A DNA stretch of 64,000 nucleotides, taken from NCBI GenBank assembly GCA_052327205.1, contig CM126210.1, forward strand, positions 181,102,001-181,166,000, read 5' to 3'. The notes under the pieces are model-generated. The model worked only from the letters and a program-made list of their open reading frames with translations. It was not told where the DNA came from and did not search any database. The stretch is from Somniosus microcephalus. Taxonomy: Eukaryota. This document shows positions 10,944 through 24,420 of this stretch, one piece after another; within the stretch, counting starts at the first letter, position 1; each line of letters begins with the position of its first letter. The translations under genes were made by a program, and so were the position numbers.

Positions 10944-12865
10944 TCAACAACAACTTGGATTTATATAGCGCCTTTAGCATAGTAAAACCTGCCAAGGCGC
11001 TTCACAGGAGCGTTATCAAACCAAATTTGACACCGAGCCACATAAGGACTTATTAGGACAGATGACCAAAATCATAGTCAAGGAGGTTGGTTTTAAGGAG
11101 CGTCTTAAAGGAGGAGTGGTAGAGAGGCGGAGAGGTTTAGGGAGGGATTTCCAGAGCTTAGGGTCAAGGCATCTGAAGGCATGGCTGCCAATGGTAGAGC
11201 AAGTAAAATCGGGGACGCACAAGAGGCCAGAATTGGAGGAGCACAGAGATCTTGGGGGGCATGGTTGTAGGGTTGGGGGAGATTAAAGAAATAGTGAGGG
11301 TCAAGGCCATGGAGGGATTTGAAAGTCGAGGTGCTGCTGGACTGGGAGCCAATGTAGGTCATCAAAGACAGGGGTGATGGGTTAATGGGATTTGGTGTGA
11401 GTTAGGATATGTCAATGTCACCTGTCAATGACCTTCCCTCCAACATAAGGTCAGAAATGGGGATGTTCGCTGATGGCTGCACAGTGTTCAGTGCCATTCA
11501 CAACTCCTCAGATAATGAAGCAATCCATGCCCGCATGCAACAAGAGCTGGACGACGTTCAGACTTGGACTGATAAGTGTCAGGTAATATTCGCGCCACAG
11601 AAGTGCCAGGCAATGACCATCTCCAACAAGCGAGAGTCTAACCACCGCCCCTTGACATTCAACGGCATTACCATCACCGAGTCCCCCACCGTCAGCATCC
11701 TGGGGGTCACCATTGACCAGAAACTTAACTAGACCAGCCACATAAATACTGTGGCAACAAGAGCAGGTCAGAGGCTAGGTATTCTGTGGCGAGTGTCTCA
11801 CCTCCTGACTCCCCAAAGCCTTTCCACCATCTACAAGGCACAAGTAAGGAGTGTGATGGAATACTCTCCACTTGCCTGGATGAGTGCAGCTACAACAACA
11901 CTCAAGAAGCTCGACACCATCCAGGACAAAGCAGCCCATTTGATTGGCACCCCATCCACCACCTTGAACATTCACTCCCTTCACCACCGCCGCACCGTGG
12001 CTGCAGTGTGTACCATCTACAAGATGCACTGCAGCAACTCGCCAAGGCTTCTTTGGCTGCATCTCCCAAACGCGCAACCTCTTCCACCTAGAAGGACAAG
12101 GGCAGCAGGCACATGGGAACACCACCACCTCCAAGTTCCCCTCCAAGTCACACACCATCCTGACTTAGAAGTATATCGCCGATCCTTCATCGTCGCTGGG
12201 TCAAAATCCTGGAACTCCCTCCCGAACAGCACTGTGGGAGTACCTTCACCACACGGACTGCAGTGGTTCAAGAAGGCGGCTCACCACCACCTTCTCAAGG
12301 GCAACTATGGGTGGGCAATAAATGCTGGCCTGGCCAGCGACGCCCAGATCCCATAAGCAATTTTTTTAAAAAGGATACAGGCAGCAGAGTTTTGGATGAG
12401 CTTAAATTTATGTAGGGTGGAAGATGGGGGTCCGACCAGGAGAGCATTGGAATTGTCAAGTCTAGAGGTAATAAAGGCATGGATGAGAGTTTCAGCAGCA
12501 GATGAGCTGAGGCAAGGGCAGAGACGAACAATGTTATGGAGGTGGAAATAGGCGGTCCTGGTGACGGAGCGGATATGTGGTTGGAAGCTCACCTCGGGGT
12601 CACATACGACACCAAGGTTGCAAATGGTCTGGCTCAGCCTCAGACACTTGCCAGGGAGAGGGGTGGAGTCGGTGGCTAAGGAACGGAGTTTGTGGCAGGG
12701 ACCAAAGACAATGACTTTGGTCTTCCCCAATATTTAGTTGGAGGAAATTTCTGCTCATCCAGTACTGGATGTCGAACAAGCAGTCTGACAAATCAGAGAC
12801 AGCGGAGGGATTGAGAGAAGTGGTGGTGAGGTAGAGCTGGGTGTCGTTAGCATATATGTGGAACC
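10944..12865 (-). mobile_element. L2 LINE 3' fragment, interrupted at 11411-12371
   Basis: Peptides AETLIHAFITSRLD and WMSRNFLQLNIGK, with a (TTG)n tail near 10945. Confidence 0.9.
11411..12371 (+). mobile_element. CR1-group (Zenon/T1-like) LINE 3' fragment nested in L2
   Basis: Degenerate FADD motif (MFADG) and IYKAQVRSVMEYSPLAW; 3' end GCAATAAATGCTGGCC..CCCATAAG; short TSD of about AGGATA. Confidence 0.75.
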
Positions 12866-13079
12866 TCTTGGCATGTACAAAGCCAATTGTAAGAAAAATA
12901 TTACCAATGCTTGTTGAATAGGAATTCCAAAGTTAACAAAAAGCAAATACTATGACAAGCTAACTCATTAAGAAATCACCCATATGATCGTTATTTCAAT
13001 CAGATGAAGTATTTTGTTAAAAAGATGATAAATATGAGTATCGCCGATACCTATTGCAAAACATTTAACTGAGAGACAC

Positions 13080-13210
13080 TACATAGTTTTACATAGTATT
13101 TACAGCACAGAAACAGGCCATTCGGCCCAACCAGTCCGTGCCGGTGTTTCTGCTCCACTCGAGCCTCCTCCATCCCTTCTTCAACTAACCCCATCAACAT
13201 ATCCTTCTAA
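13080..13210 (-). mobile_element. CR1 3' tail fragment
   Basis: ACAGCACAGAAACAGGCCATTCGGCCC tail motif with a microsatellite end. Confidence 0.7.
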
Positions 13211-13311
13211 AGAACATCTCAAGAGTGAAACTACATGGATTACCAAACTGAAGAATGAAGCAGTTAGTCAGGATAAGAGCTACCAAATAGATTACAGCAT
13301 TGAAATCTTAC

Positions 13312-13428
13312 CTTCCTGAAGTGGACCCATGCTTCGTGTTGATAAATCAAGTATCCGCCAAGGTCAGAGGTCAACTGACTTCGATCAATGTAGTTGAACA
13401 ACTCAAAGACTTCATTAAGAAGCACACA
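13312..13428 (-). CDS. Sec14/CRAL-TRIO gene exon (end of domain): CVLLNEVFELFNYIDRSQLTSDLGGYLIYQHEAWVHFRK
   Basis: AG/GTAAG sites, 117 nt, phase 0-0. Carries the YIDxSQLTxDLGGxLxYxHxxW signature of SESTD1/MCF2/PLEKHG4/Trio-type Sec14 domains. Confidence 0.92.
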
Positions 13429-14244
13429 CTAACATTGGGGGAAACAAAAAGGTAAATTGCACCAGATATTTTGTCATACGCTGAACTCCAATTGCAATAA
13501 GAAAAGGAAATGTTTGGGTTTTTAATTTTGAAAGTAATAATAAACCTGCTGTGCCAAACATTTTCAGGACCAAAAGACCTCTCCAGACATGATCAGAATT
13601 AGCAAATGTGTTACTCTTCATGTTTTGTGGACTGTAGAACTATTTCTGCACCAAAATTTAAATTTGGTTTAAAAATTCACTTATCAACATGGAACTGGCT
13701 GAATACAAGTCTCCCCCACCCCCACTACTTACAGTCCCAATCTCAGCCATGTCACTGTGGTGTAGTTGGAGCGTAGGAAGTGGAGAATGAGTAGATTGAA
13801 GGAGCAGAGGGTGCAGACTGAGATGTAAAGTTGCAGAAGATCATTTGTGGGGTGAGACTGGAGGAAACGGGCCTTAAAGTTGATGCATGGAGGAAGGGGT
13901 GGGGTGGGTGGAGGGGCAGGAAAAGAAAACCGGGAAGGCTGGCAAGCAAGGACAGGAACAACTAGACTTGGCAGAAGAGGCCTCCCCTGCCGCAGCTTCC
14001 CTCCCCGACTGCAAAGCCATCATGACTCCCTCCCTCCCAACCACTTCATTGTTTGCCGGGCCCTCGCCCAAAATCCCTCTCTTGCCCGCCAGTCGGCTAA
14101 CGCTTCTCGTCGGGTTCAGGCAGAAGACCGGCGGGCTCCGTGCAGATGAGGTTCGGGAGTTAAAATCTCCTGGGTCTCAAGCCGCAGAGGGCCGCAACAT
14201 TTGGCACCAGGCACGACTCCTGACTGGAGTTAAAATCGCCCTGA

Positions 14245-16300
14245 TGTCTTGGTGACTATGAATAGAAAGGTGAATGCCGGGTCTAGCAGAATTGCCAAGG
14301 TTACACACCACCTGAATGAGCCTGTGCAGGCAAGAGGCGGTGGATGGAGCCAGAATCAGAGGCATGTAGAATTAAAAGATTTTGCCAAAAAGAAATTGTT
14401 GCTTTTCCAACATCCAGGATTGATAAACTGTTGGCCAATATGGCAACAGCCTTTAAGTCAATACAGGTGTGTCTGCATACATGAGAAAGTTGACCTTACG
14501 TTTGTTGATGATGTTGCCAAAGCTGGATTGTAAATGATAAATACAAGCGGACAAAGGATAGAAGTAACTGTGCAGGCAAAGGATGAGAACCTGTAGTGGC
14601 TATATAGAGAGAGATAGAAATTGAGATTGGTGTTGTGCAGATGGATCAGTGAGGGAGGCAGTGGAGGAGAATGGAACAGTCAACTGTGGCGAAGGTGGCA
14701 GAAAGGCCAAGGAGGGACATTGAGCCATGGTCACAGTCTCACAAGATGTCATTGGTGACTTTGACAAGGGTCTACATGCTGCCCCTTGGCGACATCACCC
14801 GAAAGCACAGCGTCAGTTTCCACATGTACGCCAATGACACCCAGCTCTACCTCATTGCCACTTCTCTCGACCCCTCCACGGTCTCTAAATTGTCAGACTG
14901 CTTGTCCGACATCCAGTTCTGGATGAGCAGAAATTTTCTCCAATTAAATATTGGGAAGACCAAAGCCATTGTTTTCGGTCCTCGCCACAAACTCCGTTCC
15001 CTAGCCACTGACTCCATCCCTCTCCCTGGCATCTGTCTGAGGCTGAACCACACTGTTCGCAATCTTGGTGCCGTATCTGACCCCGAAACGAGCTTCCGAC
15101 CACATATCCACGGCATAACTAAGACCGTCTATTTCCACCTCCGTAACATCGCCCGTCTCTGCCCTTGCCTCAGCTCATCTGCTGCTGAAACCCTCATCCA
15201 TGCTTTTGTTACCTCTAGACTTGACTATTCCAACGCAATCCTGGCTGGCCTCTCACATTCTACCATATGTAAACCTGAAGTCATCCAAAACTCGGCTGCC
15301 CGTGTCCTAACTCGCACCAAGTCCCGTTCGCCCATCTCCCCTGTGCTCACCGACCTACATTGGCACCCGGTAAAGCAATGCCTCAATCTCAAAATTCTCA
15401 TCCTTGTTTTCAAATCCCTCCATGGCCTCGCTCCTCCCTATCTCTGTAATCTTCTCCAGCCCCACAACCCCCCTGAGATATCTGCGCTCCTCTAATTCTG
15501 CCCTCTTGAGCATCCCTGATTATAAATCGCTAAACCATTGGTGGCCGTGCCTTCTGTTGCCTAGGCCCTAAGCTCTGGAATTCCCTGCCTAAACCTGTCC
15601 GCCTCGCGACACCTCTTTCTTCCTTTAAGACGCACCTTAAAACCTACCTCTTTGACCAAGCTTTTGGCCACCTGCCCTAATTTACCCTTATGTGGCTCAG
15701 TGTCACATTTTTTGTCTTGTAATACTCCTGTGTAGCGCCTTGGGACGTTTTACTACATTAAAGGCGCTATATAAATGCAAGTTGTTGTTGTTGTTGGTAA
15801 TCTTGGTTTTGTGGGAAAATCAGATATTGGATTGTAAGGATTTGAGGAGGGAGTGCTGGAAAAGGTGTAATTCCCAGCATTTCTCCTACTTGCCAGTTGC
15901 AGAGGGGGTGTTAGCTCGATAGTGTGTGCAGGGGTTGAGGGTAGGCTATTTTACAAGGGGAAATTATGATGTCAGTTTTGAAATGTGTAGGGTTGACTTC
16001 AGAAAGGGGAGGCTGAATGTCCTGGAGGGCATGGACCCAGAACGAGGAAAGGTAGCTCATAGAAAATGTGAGTTGGATGGGATCCAGAGAACTTGGGGAA
16101 GAAAGTGCAATGTGAGGGAGGAGCAGGTCCGATGTCAGAAGATAACGAGGAAGAACTTGCTGCCGAGGGGATACTCTTAATATTGTGAATGAGATCGTGC
16201 ACGAGCCCATCAACATTTGATGTCAGAGGTGAGGATGGAGCTGGAAGAGGCCGTCTATAATGAAGAAAAGAAGGTCGCTTTCAGTCACTCTCTAGACAGC
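14245..16300 (-). mobile_element. Old L2 fragment (minus) interrupted by a younger plus-strand L2
   Basis: Degenerate LVKVTND and YAD motifs on minus at 14470-14770; the sequence appears to resume after 15797. Confidence 0.55.
14771..15797 (+). mobile_element. L2 LINE 3' part (RT domain to tail)
   Basis: YMLPLGD..FHMYANDTQLY..AETLIHAFVTSRLDYSN..LHW, with tail GGCGCTATATAAATGCAAG(TTG)n. Confidence 0.93.
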
Positions 16301-16520
16301 AAAAGTAAGAAAAATGCCTGGAATTCCTGGTCAGTCAATATTACGGTTATGCACAGGATTAAAAATCTCAGAATCCAAGTTACAATGCTCACTGAAAAAT
16401 TGAATTTCCAGGTAATATTTAAAGAGAAAACAGATATTTTAAAAGTTGGTTACATTTTAATGAAACACATTCTTCAATATATCAGTGCATGTATAAAATA
16501 AAAAGTTTATATTTCTATAC

Positions 16521-16646
16521 CTTGAATGGTGGCTCTGAAAGCAGTTTACTATGACTCAGACCCAGAGACTTCAAAATGCATTTTCTAATGCCTTTCGTTT
16601 GTGGCTGCAAAGCATAAAAAGTGTTGACTATTCTTCCAAACTGGTG
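16521..16646 (-). CDS. Sec14 gene exon: HQFGRIVNTFYALQPQTKGIRKCILKSLGLSHSKLLSEPPFK
   Basis: Polypyrimidine-TAG acceptor and AAG|gtatag donor; 126 nt, open, phase 0-0, fitting both neighbours. Confidence 0.85.
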
Positions 16647-16734
16647 CTAAGAAAAAGTTAAAAAAAGAGAAATTCTGATGTAAACACAGAATTCAATTTT
16701 TGTCGCATCACACTTGGTTTAACCCCTACTAATC

Positions 16735-17288
16735 CCTTGCCTCAGCTCATCTGCTGCTGAAACCCTCATTCATGCCTTTGTTACCTCTTGACTTGACTAT
16801 TCCAACACCCTCCCGGCTGGCCTCCCACATTCTACCCTCTGTAAACTTGAGGTCATCCAAAACGCTACTGCCCATGTCCTAACTCGCACCAAGACCCGTT
16901 CACCCATCACCTCAATTTGAAAATTCTCATCCTTGTTTTCAAATCCCTCCATGGCCTCGCCCCTCCCTATCTCTGCAACCTCCTCCAGCCCTACAACCCT
17001 CCGAGATATATACGCTCCTCCAATTCTGGCCTTTTGAGCATCCCCGATTTTAATCGCTCCACCATTGGTGGCCGTGCCTTCAACTACCAAGACCCTAAGC
17101 TCTGGAATTCCCTCCCTAAACCTCTCCACCTCTCTTTCCTCCTTTAAGATGCTCCTTAAAACCTACCTCTTTGACCAAGCTGTTGGTCACCTGCCCTAAT
17201 ATCTCCTTATGTGGCTCAGTATCAAATTTTGGTTGATAATGTTCCTGTGAAGGGTTAAAGGTGCTATATAAATACAAGTTGTTGTTGT
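16735..17288 (+). mobile_element. L2 3' fragment with internal deletion
   Basis: Same L2 family peptides and tail as 14771-15797. Confidence 0.88.
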
Positions 17289-17443
17289 ACTCTCACTCCT
17301 TAGAGAAATCTACCAGGCTGTAAATAATGAGCCTGGTGCAAATATTTTAACTAGTTACATTAACGAGCAACTCAACTAAGCATAACTGGAATTCAGACAA
17401 TCACTAATAAAGACACGAGATCATATTGCTTTACATGATTTAC

Positions 17444-17546
17444 CTGGACTTGCAGCAAACTGTTTATAATGATGGAGACAACATCCAATGTGGCACATCT
17501 AAGATCAGTTACAATGGATACGAGACCATTTCTGGTTTGTGATTCA
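17444..17546 (-). CDS. Sec14 gene exon: ESQTRNGLVSIVTDLRCATLDVVSIIINSLLQVQ
   Basis: 103 nt, phase 2 to 0, donor CAG|gtaaat. The G-hydrophobic-D-x-R motif of Sec14 domains is present. Confidence 0.9.
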
Positions 17547-19198
17547 CTATTAACAAAAAGAAACACCACGTTTTATTTCAACACATCATTGCATAAATCT
17601 GTTCCACTGGCTTCTCCCCACAACAGAATTATTCTACTGCAACTTAGTTAAATGAAGAAACAGAATTTTAAGTTAAACATTCAATGTTTCACCTTCCCTC
17701 CTCCAACTTTACCCAACCGAGAGAGCAGTCAGGTAACCTGCTCCTAGCCCCCACCAGTGTTGCACCATTAGTGATCATTAGGAGTTGTACAACAGTGGTG
17801 CAGATTCATTCCCTATTGAATTATCACCAATCCATCATAAGGATACCTTATCAAAACCTACTTTTTAAAAAATCAATTAAGGAATCAATACCCTAAAGTA
17901 GTTATTCACACTTCTCTCCAGGTCAGTTGAGGTAACAGCGGTGTTGTCATGGGAGAAATTTTGCACATTGGTACCAATATGCAGGGGGAAAGGGAAGCAG
18001 GAAAAGGGAGGGGCAGAAATGCATTAAAGTAGGAATGCTTGAATGATGTGTAACACTTGTGTTATACACTTAACCCAAAATTGCTCCCATCACTAGCATC
18101 AACAGTGACTTTAATCATCTGAAGAAATGTTCTTCCAAGTTTCTCTCACCTCTAAAAGGTAAATTAAGATAAACTCCAAAATATCTACCTAACTTTACAC
18201 TCACATTATTCATCTTTGGCCGGTTTATTTACAATGCATGACATTTCCAGAGTCCTAGTATCTTCAGGACCATCACTTTCCACAGCATATTTAATCATCT
18301 CATTTGATCCTTAAATTCCATTTCTAACCAGATACTTATCCAGCCCTTTATTTAATAAAAAGGGAATTAGGTGGCAGCATTAACTCATTTTGTTACAAAT
18401 CTTTTCTGAGTTTTCAATGCTCCGTGGAAAATGTAATTCCTTGCCATCAGCAGTCTTCCTTCAAGGCTCTTCTATTTTCAAGTCCTCTAGTTTTGCTCTC
18501 ACAGTCCAAGTTTAATATTACGGTTACATCTATTTTATCTGTTCCTCACAGCATTTTAACATTGTGGACTTTGACCACTCCTGATCTTCTTTTCTCTGAC
18601 CAAAACAAATTCATTTCTGTGGATTTCAATCCACGATTTAACTAAAGCCCTTGAATCATCGTCCTCTGAATCAATTCTCTCTTCTCCCCATCTCAATTTT
18701 CTCCCAATTTTCTATTTTCCTCTTTTGAAGGCAGTGGCGCACGTTGAATAGAATTCCATAGAGGCTGGTAAATCTCCATTATCTCAGCAGAGTGAGCATT
18801 CCTTAATTAACTTGTTTCAGATCAGGGACTGAACTTGGGAGCTCCATAGTTTGGTAGTTCAGTACCCATAATCGGGCACTGCATTTGTCCATTAAGCCGT
18901 ATTTTTGTCTTTTTGGAGATAGCATGCCCAAAATATTCCAAATCTGCTTCATTAAATCTATACAAGGTTAGAATAGCTTATTCCCCTCAATTGTAAAGAT
19001 CAAATGGATACCCAGTTGCCATTTGATGGGATTGTCACTAATGAGCTCTCTATATGGATGAAGTTGTCTATGTGGTATGTGTAGCAAAATTATAAGCACC
19101 TTTGTTTATAAATAGTTCCACAATTTTGTCACACATTACTCCTAGAAGAAACCTTCCCCCAATAGGAAAAAAAAATAGATTTTACTGGGAGAGATATA

Positions 19199-20036
19199 GG
19201 GGGGAAAATTCAGTTGTTTGCACCTCCCGTTAGCGCCCTAAGAGGGCGCTAATGGGGCGCAAAGCAACTAGTGCCCGGGCGCGGCAATGTTTGTGCCGCT
19301 CGCAAAATTGACCAGACATTTTGCTGCGGCGCTAAACACTAGCGCCACAATCTCCTGCGCTCGCAGATCGTGACATCAGTCGAGCGCCCCGGACCGGATA
19401 TTGAGTGGCAACCCCTGCCTGCTGCTAGTAACGACAGATTGAGGGGAACATTTTGCAGTCGGGAAGGGACTGGGGGAGCGCTATTTAAAGGCGACCGCTT
19501 CCTGCCTTTTTTTGTCAGCGAGATTTTTGCACCACGCATTCTGAAAGAGAAAGACTTCTAGAGAGATTCAACGCTGTGTGAAGGAGTTTTGGGTACTGAG
19601 CAGCACTTTGCAGGTTCATTCTGATTTGACCTTCCTTGCATCGATTTAGAAGAGACTATGGGGGCTGCACTCTGAGCTCTTTCCCTGGGCCTCTCCACTG
19701 TTCTTTCCAGCAGATTTGATGTACAGGTCTCTCATGGCCGAGATTCAAGGTTGCAATGAGCAGGATGTGGATGGAGAACAAGATCGACCCTCCCCTTTAA
19801 GAACCGGCCGGCGCCAGTGTGTCTGTGTTCCATTGCTGACTGACATCACGAGCTTCGCCAACGCTCTGAGGTAGCGCCTCGCTCCTCGGCATTAGCGCCT
19901 TAAGAGAGGTGTGTAGCACCTCCCGGGGCGATAGAAGCCAAGTTTGCAGTTGGAGGCGATAATTAGCGCCAGGCACTAAACTTTGCACCCAGCCAATAAT
20001 TGCGCCCCAAACGGGGCGATACCAAATTTCTCCCTC
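19199..20036. mobile_element. Non-autonomous Harbinger-type element, copy B
   Basis: GGGGGGAAAATT / AATTTCTCCCTC ends with 3-bp TSD ATA. Homologous to 6982-7711. Confidence 0.82.
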
Positions 20037-20520
20037 ATAGAGCTCAACAGCACAGATCATTCCTGAACTCAAGACATTGGGGGATACCAGAGGGTTGGTG
20101 GAGATGTATATAGCTCCCTTTGGGGCCTTGCCCGATCTCAGAATCACAGCATCACCTTAATATATTAAACTTTTATCCCAGTCATCAGAAGCCATGATGT
20201 CTTGATGGAGCTCAGTTCACATATTACTGTAGGTATCGATTCAATACTTGTTAAACAAGAAATGCGTTCCGAGAAGGACTTGTCTTTCAGATGCTGACTG
20301 AACTACAGGTACTGTGCATTTCCAGAATTTTCCACTTTTACGTCAAGGTTCACCCGTGTACTGGATTAAGTTCTCTTTGGCAGGCCCGATCAGATGGCAT
20401 TTTCTGATAGGCTTCACTTTGCTCCTCAAAATGGTAAATTTTACTGCTCAAAATGGATAACTTTAAAGTTATCACAAGAAATAAAAGTGTACAATAATAA
20501 AAGATTTAATGTGAACTGAC

Positions 20521-20644
20521 CTAAGACGATGAAGAAAATATTTGAGAAGTTCAACAATGTCATCATGCTTTAGATCAGATATCAGCTTACTATGCTGTGC
20601 TCTGGGGAATATAACAAGTGGAGATCCCTGATGATCAAAACTGC
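20521..20644 (-). CDS. Sec14 gene exon: (G)SFDHQGSPLVIFPRAQHSKLISDLKHDDIVELLKYFLHRL(S)
   Basis: 124 nt, phase 1 to 2. GxxDxxGxPLxxFP ... LLxY pattern typical of the Dbl/SESTD1-type Sec14 N-terminus. Confidence 0.9.
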
Positions 20645-20984
20645 CTGCCAAGGAGACAATTGAAACAAATAGGATAAACAAGTCTGCGAGCAAGCCTAGG
20701 AATCCTTATATAGTAATATAAATACTGTACATACAAGATGGACACAATACTCCCAGATATTTTCCGAAGTGACAGTTGACATTTCAGACAGGAGTTTCAC
20801 CTTATGGTGTTTAATTTGATCAAATTAATTGTGATAATGAGGGTAGCACTGAGTGTCAGTACATCAGCACTTGATGCTACAGAACAGGTGCAGACAGAGA
20901 TTCCTGATCTGAGCCGCAATGAACTGGAAGGCATCAGACCGAGACTCCAGTTTCTCCCTGCAAGGTGGAAAAGAGGAAAATTGG

Positions 20985-21775
20985 AGGGTAGAATCTTGCC
21001 TTGGTGGCACCTGCTAATGGCCAGCTACAGAGAGAATGCAGAGCAGCCCAATGTGCCCATTTTCTGCTTTTCTATGTTGGCCCGGAATTTGCGCTCCCGA
21101 TGATGGCGTACGTTCAGCGTACGGTGTCGTAAGCCTTCTGAAAGGCCCCGCAAGTTCTACAGATCTACCGAATCAAAAGTAAAATCACTTTCGCTGGCGC
21201 AGAGTTGGACTATTTACCCAACTACTGCCCAGCAAATGCCCACGAAACACTTACAGCTGTTTAAAGCAGGCGTTGGGCCTGCTTTCACCAGTGTAAGGGT
21301 TAATATAAATCTTAAATTAAAAAATTAAAAATGATGCACAAACACTTAAAATTACTGTATGCAAATTTTGGCCTGGATTAAATTCTTTAAAATTATTTTT
21401 CAAAAAAATAAATTTTTATTGTATTTGATGTATTGAAGGGACTTTAAATTTGAAAATGAGAACATTTATTTTTATTAGAGTTGTCTAAATTCTTTAATTA
21501 TTTGGGGATTCCATTGCATGTCATTAGGGGATTCAGTTCAGAAATGACTGCAATGGAATCCTCCTTTCGCATTGGAGGACCTGGCCCACGTGATCCCATG
21601 GATACTTCTGAACCGCCTGCGGCCCTGGGATCCATGGGCCTTTACGCAGGCGTACGCCTGGAGACCTGAGGCCCGATCTCTCCATAGCTGTGGAGCCAGG
21701 AGCTAAGTTCGGAAATATTTCTCGGGTCGGAGGCATACTCTGGAGGTACGCCTCCAACCGCAAATTCAGGGCCAA
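20985..21775. mobile_element. Probable Harbinger-type MITE
   Basis: Degenerate GGGTAGAAT.. / AAATTCAGGGCC ends, with CpG-rich arms around an AT-rich core. Confidence 0.45.
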
Positions 21776-22042
21776 TACATTCGCTGAGCTTGCTATTAAA
21801 CCCTTCTGCCTTAACTAAAAAAAATTACATCACGGCGGTTTCCCCATGTTGTTCCTAAAATTAACTACATGATATATTCCACACATACACCTTTACATCT
21901 AGCATAGAATTAAAGCAAAAACAAAATGCTGAACAATTTTAGATACATCAATCATCTAAAATCCTTGAGTGCACCTTACCAGTGAAATTGCTCTGTTAAA
22001 ACATAAAATACTGAATGGGGAAAAAAATAAAGTCGGCCTCAC

Positions 22043-22117
22043 CTGGGATAATAGCAGCACCAGAATACAAGACTCGATCTTCCGGCAAGTCTGGAGGAGA
22101 CCAGAACTGCTGAGAAC
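22043..22117 (-). CDS. Sec14 gene exon: SQQFWSPPDLPEDRVLYSGAAIIP(G)
   Basis: 75 nt, phase 1-1, donor CAG|gtgagg. LxSGxAxxPG resembles the start of this domain in PLEKHG4-type proteins. Confidence 0.85.
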
Positions 22118-22599
22118 CTAAAGAAACAAAGCAAAATGTATGCGCACAAACCTTTAATTCTACAGCCACCCAATACCTTAATTTTTTTTTTAAGTATCTG
22201 TCAGAAGTGTTAGCAGACGCAGCTAATGCTACAATTTACAATCTAATAACCATTTGATTTGATGATAAAAATGTGAGCATTAAGATTCACACTTTTTGTG
22301 ATGGTTAAAATTTGTACCGACATTGGAAATGCCAAAATGCTCAAGGTCTTTTTGGCTAGATTTTAGCAGCCACTGGCTGTTAATGATTCCAGTTTTGCCA
22401 GCCTGTCAAACAGCAGACAGAATTTAATTACTTGGTTAACTCTCTATCTCAATGACAAATGATGTCTGAATCTCTGCAGCGAGCGACAGACGTAACAGAG
22501 TGATGGAACACTTGAAAAGGCCAAGTCAATAGCTTTGCTGGGAAAGGCTGATCATAATGTCGCTTCCCAGCTTTACGATACAATGCTTGAATATCACCT

Positions 22600-23212
22600 G
22601 TCTCTGACCCTGCCTCAGCCCATCGGCTGCTGGAACCCTCATGCATGCCGTGGTTACCTCCAGACTTGACAATTCCAATGCTCTCCTGGCCGACCTCCCA
22701 TCTTTCACACACTGCAAATTTCAGCTCATCCAAAACTCTGCACCAAGGCCCATTCACCCATCACTCCTGTGCTCACTGATCTACATTGGCTCCCGGTCCA
22801 GCAACCTCTCGATTTTAAAATTCTCATCCTTGTGTTCAAATCCCTCCATGGCCTCGCCCCTCCCTAAACCTGTAACCTCCTCCACCCTACATCCCTCCGA
22901 GAACTCTGTGCTTCTCCAATTCTGGTCTCGTGCACATCCCCAATTCGAATTGCTCCACCATTGGCAGCCGTGCCTTCAGCTGCCTAAGCCCTAAGCTCTC
23001 GAATTCCCTCCCTAAACATCTCTGCTTCTCTACCTCTCTCACGTCCTTCCAGGCGCTCCTTAAAATCTATCTCTTTGACCAAGCTTTTGGTCACCTGTCC
23101 TAATATCTCTTTATGTGGCTCGGTGTCAAATTATGTTTGATAACACTCCTGCAAAACGCCTTGGGGCATTTTACTACATTAAAGAAGGTATATAAATGCA
23201 AGCTGTTGTTCA
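22600..23212 (+). mobile_element. L2 3' fragment
   Basis: HAVVTSRLDNSN peptide and L2 tail. Confidence 0.88.
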
Positions 23213-23326
23213 GTTACAGATCTCTGCTGGAATATCAACAATTGGGCTGCTTTCTGTTAGAAGAGGGGATTAAGGGGTAATTTTGGTAGAGGTTTTAAAA
23301 CGATTAAGGGATGGGACAGAGTAAAT

Positions 23327-24090
23327 AGAAAGAAAGAAAGACTTATATATTTATATAGTGCCTTTCACGACCACCGGATGTCTCAAAGCTCTTTACAGCC
23401 AATGAAGTACTTTTGGAGTGTAGTCACTGTTGTAATGTGGGACTCACAGCAGCCAATTTGCGCACAGCAAGCTCCCACAAACAGCAATGTGATAATGGCC
23501 AAATACAGGAAACTTTGGTTTATCCGGAGGTTGTATGTCCAAAATACTCGATCTAACAGCAAAAATCAGGAGCCGTTTTCTGAGATCTCGTTCTTTTTTT
23601 TTCCCAGTCAGCCACTGCAAGGTCTGTAGCTATAGCAACAGCTTCAGCTACAGACGCCTCTTTAGAAGCTGTAAGCAACAGGGTTTGTTGTCAGATACGG
23701 AGATGAAAACCTCCGTATACTTCAACATTAACTTTGTATGTCCGGCAGTTTTGATAGATCGGCAACAGCTCGGTCCCATCGGTGCCGGATATCACAAAGT
23801 TTCCTGTAAACGTTTTGTTATGTTGATTGAGGGATAAATATTGGCCAGAACACCAGGGATAACTCCCCTACTCTTCTTCGAAATAGTGCCTTGGGATCTT
23901 TTACATTCACCTGAGGGAGCAGACGGAGCCTCAGTTTAACATCTCATCCGAAAGACAGCACCTCTGACAGTGCAGCACTCCACTGAAGTGTCAGCCTAGC
24001 TTTATGTGCTCAAGTCCCTGGAGCGGGACTTGAACCCACAACCTTCTGACTCAGAGACAAGTGTGCTACTCACTGAGCCACAGCTGACAC
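23327..24090 (-). mobile_element. DeuSINE copy interrupted by a MITE
   Basis: Reverse complement of 4292-4730, with A/B boxes at about 24030-24080 and a (CTTT)n tail. Confidence 0.88.
23506..23806. mobile_element. Tc1/mariner (pogo/Tigger-like) MITE, 301 bp
   Basis: Imperfect 22-bp TIR CAGGAAACTTTG..TATCCGG, with TA on both flanks. Confidence 0.88.
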
Positions 24091-24159
24091 ATCACAAATA
24101 GAATCAGACCATTTCCAGTGGGGCCATGAACAAGGGGGAGCTAGATACACAATTAAATA

Positions 24160-24420
24160 CAAGAGATTTAGGGCAGAGAGCAGGAGAAACCCTTTTACAC
24201 AGAGGGTTGTGAGGCTGTGGAATGCACTACCAGAATTAGTGATTGAAGCAGAGACCATAATCAACATTTAAGAATAGGCTTGATAGGTGTTGAAGGAAAG
24301 AGGGATATGGGCAAAGGGGATTAGGACTATGGCTCATGTGGAGGATAAACACCAACACAGACTGGTTGAACCAAATGGTTTGTTTCCGTGTTGTAATTGC
24401 TATGTAACTCTATGTAACAA
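24160..24420 (+). mobile_element. Old CR1 3' end
   Basis: FTQRVVRLWNALP peptide and CTATG-type tail. Confidence 0.75.

Noticed and set aside
10735-10995. Hydrophobic 86-aa ORF as a membrane-protein exon
   Set aside because: AT-rich intron sequence running out of an L2 tail; ends in a stop and shows no family motif.
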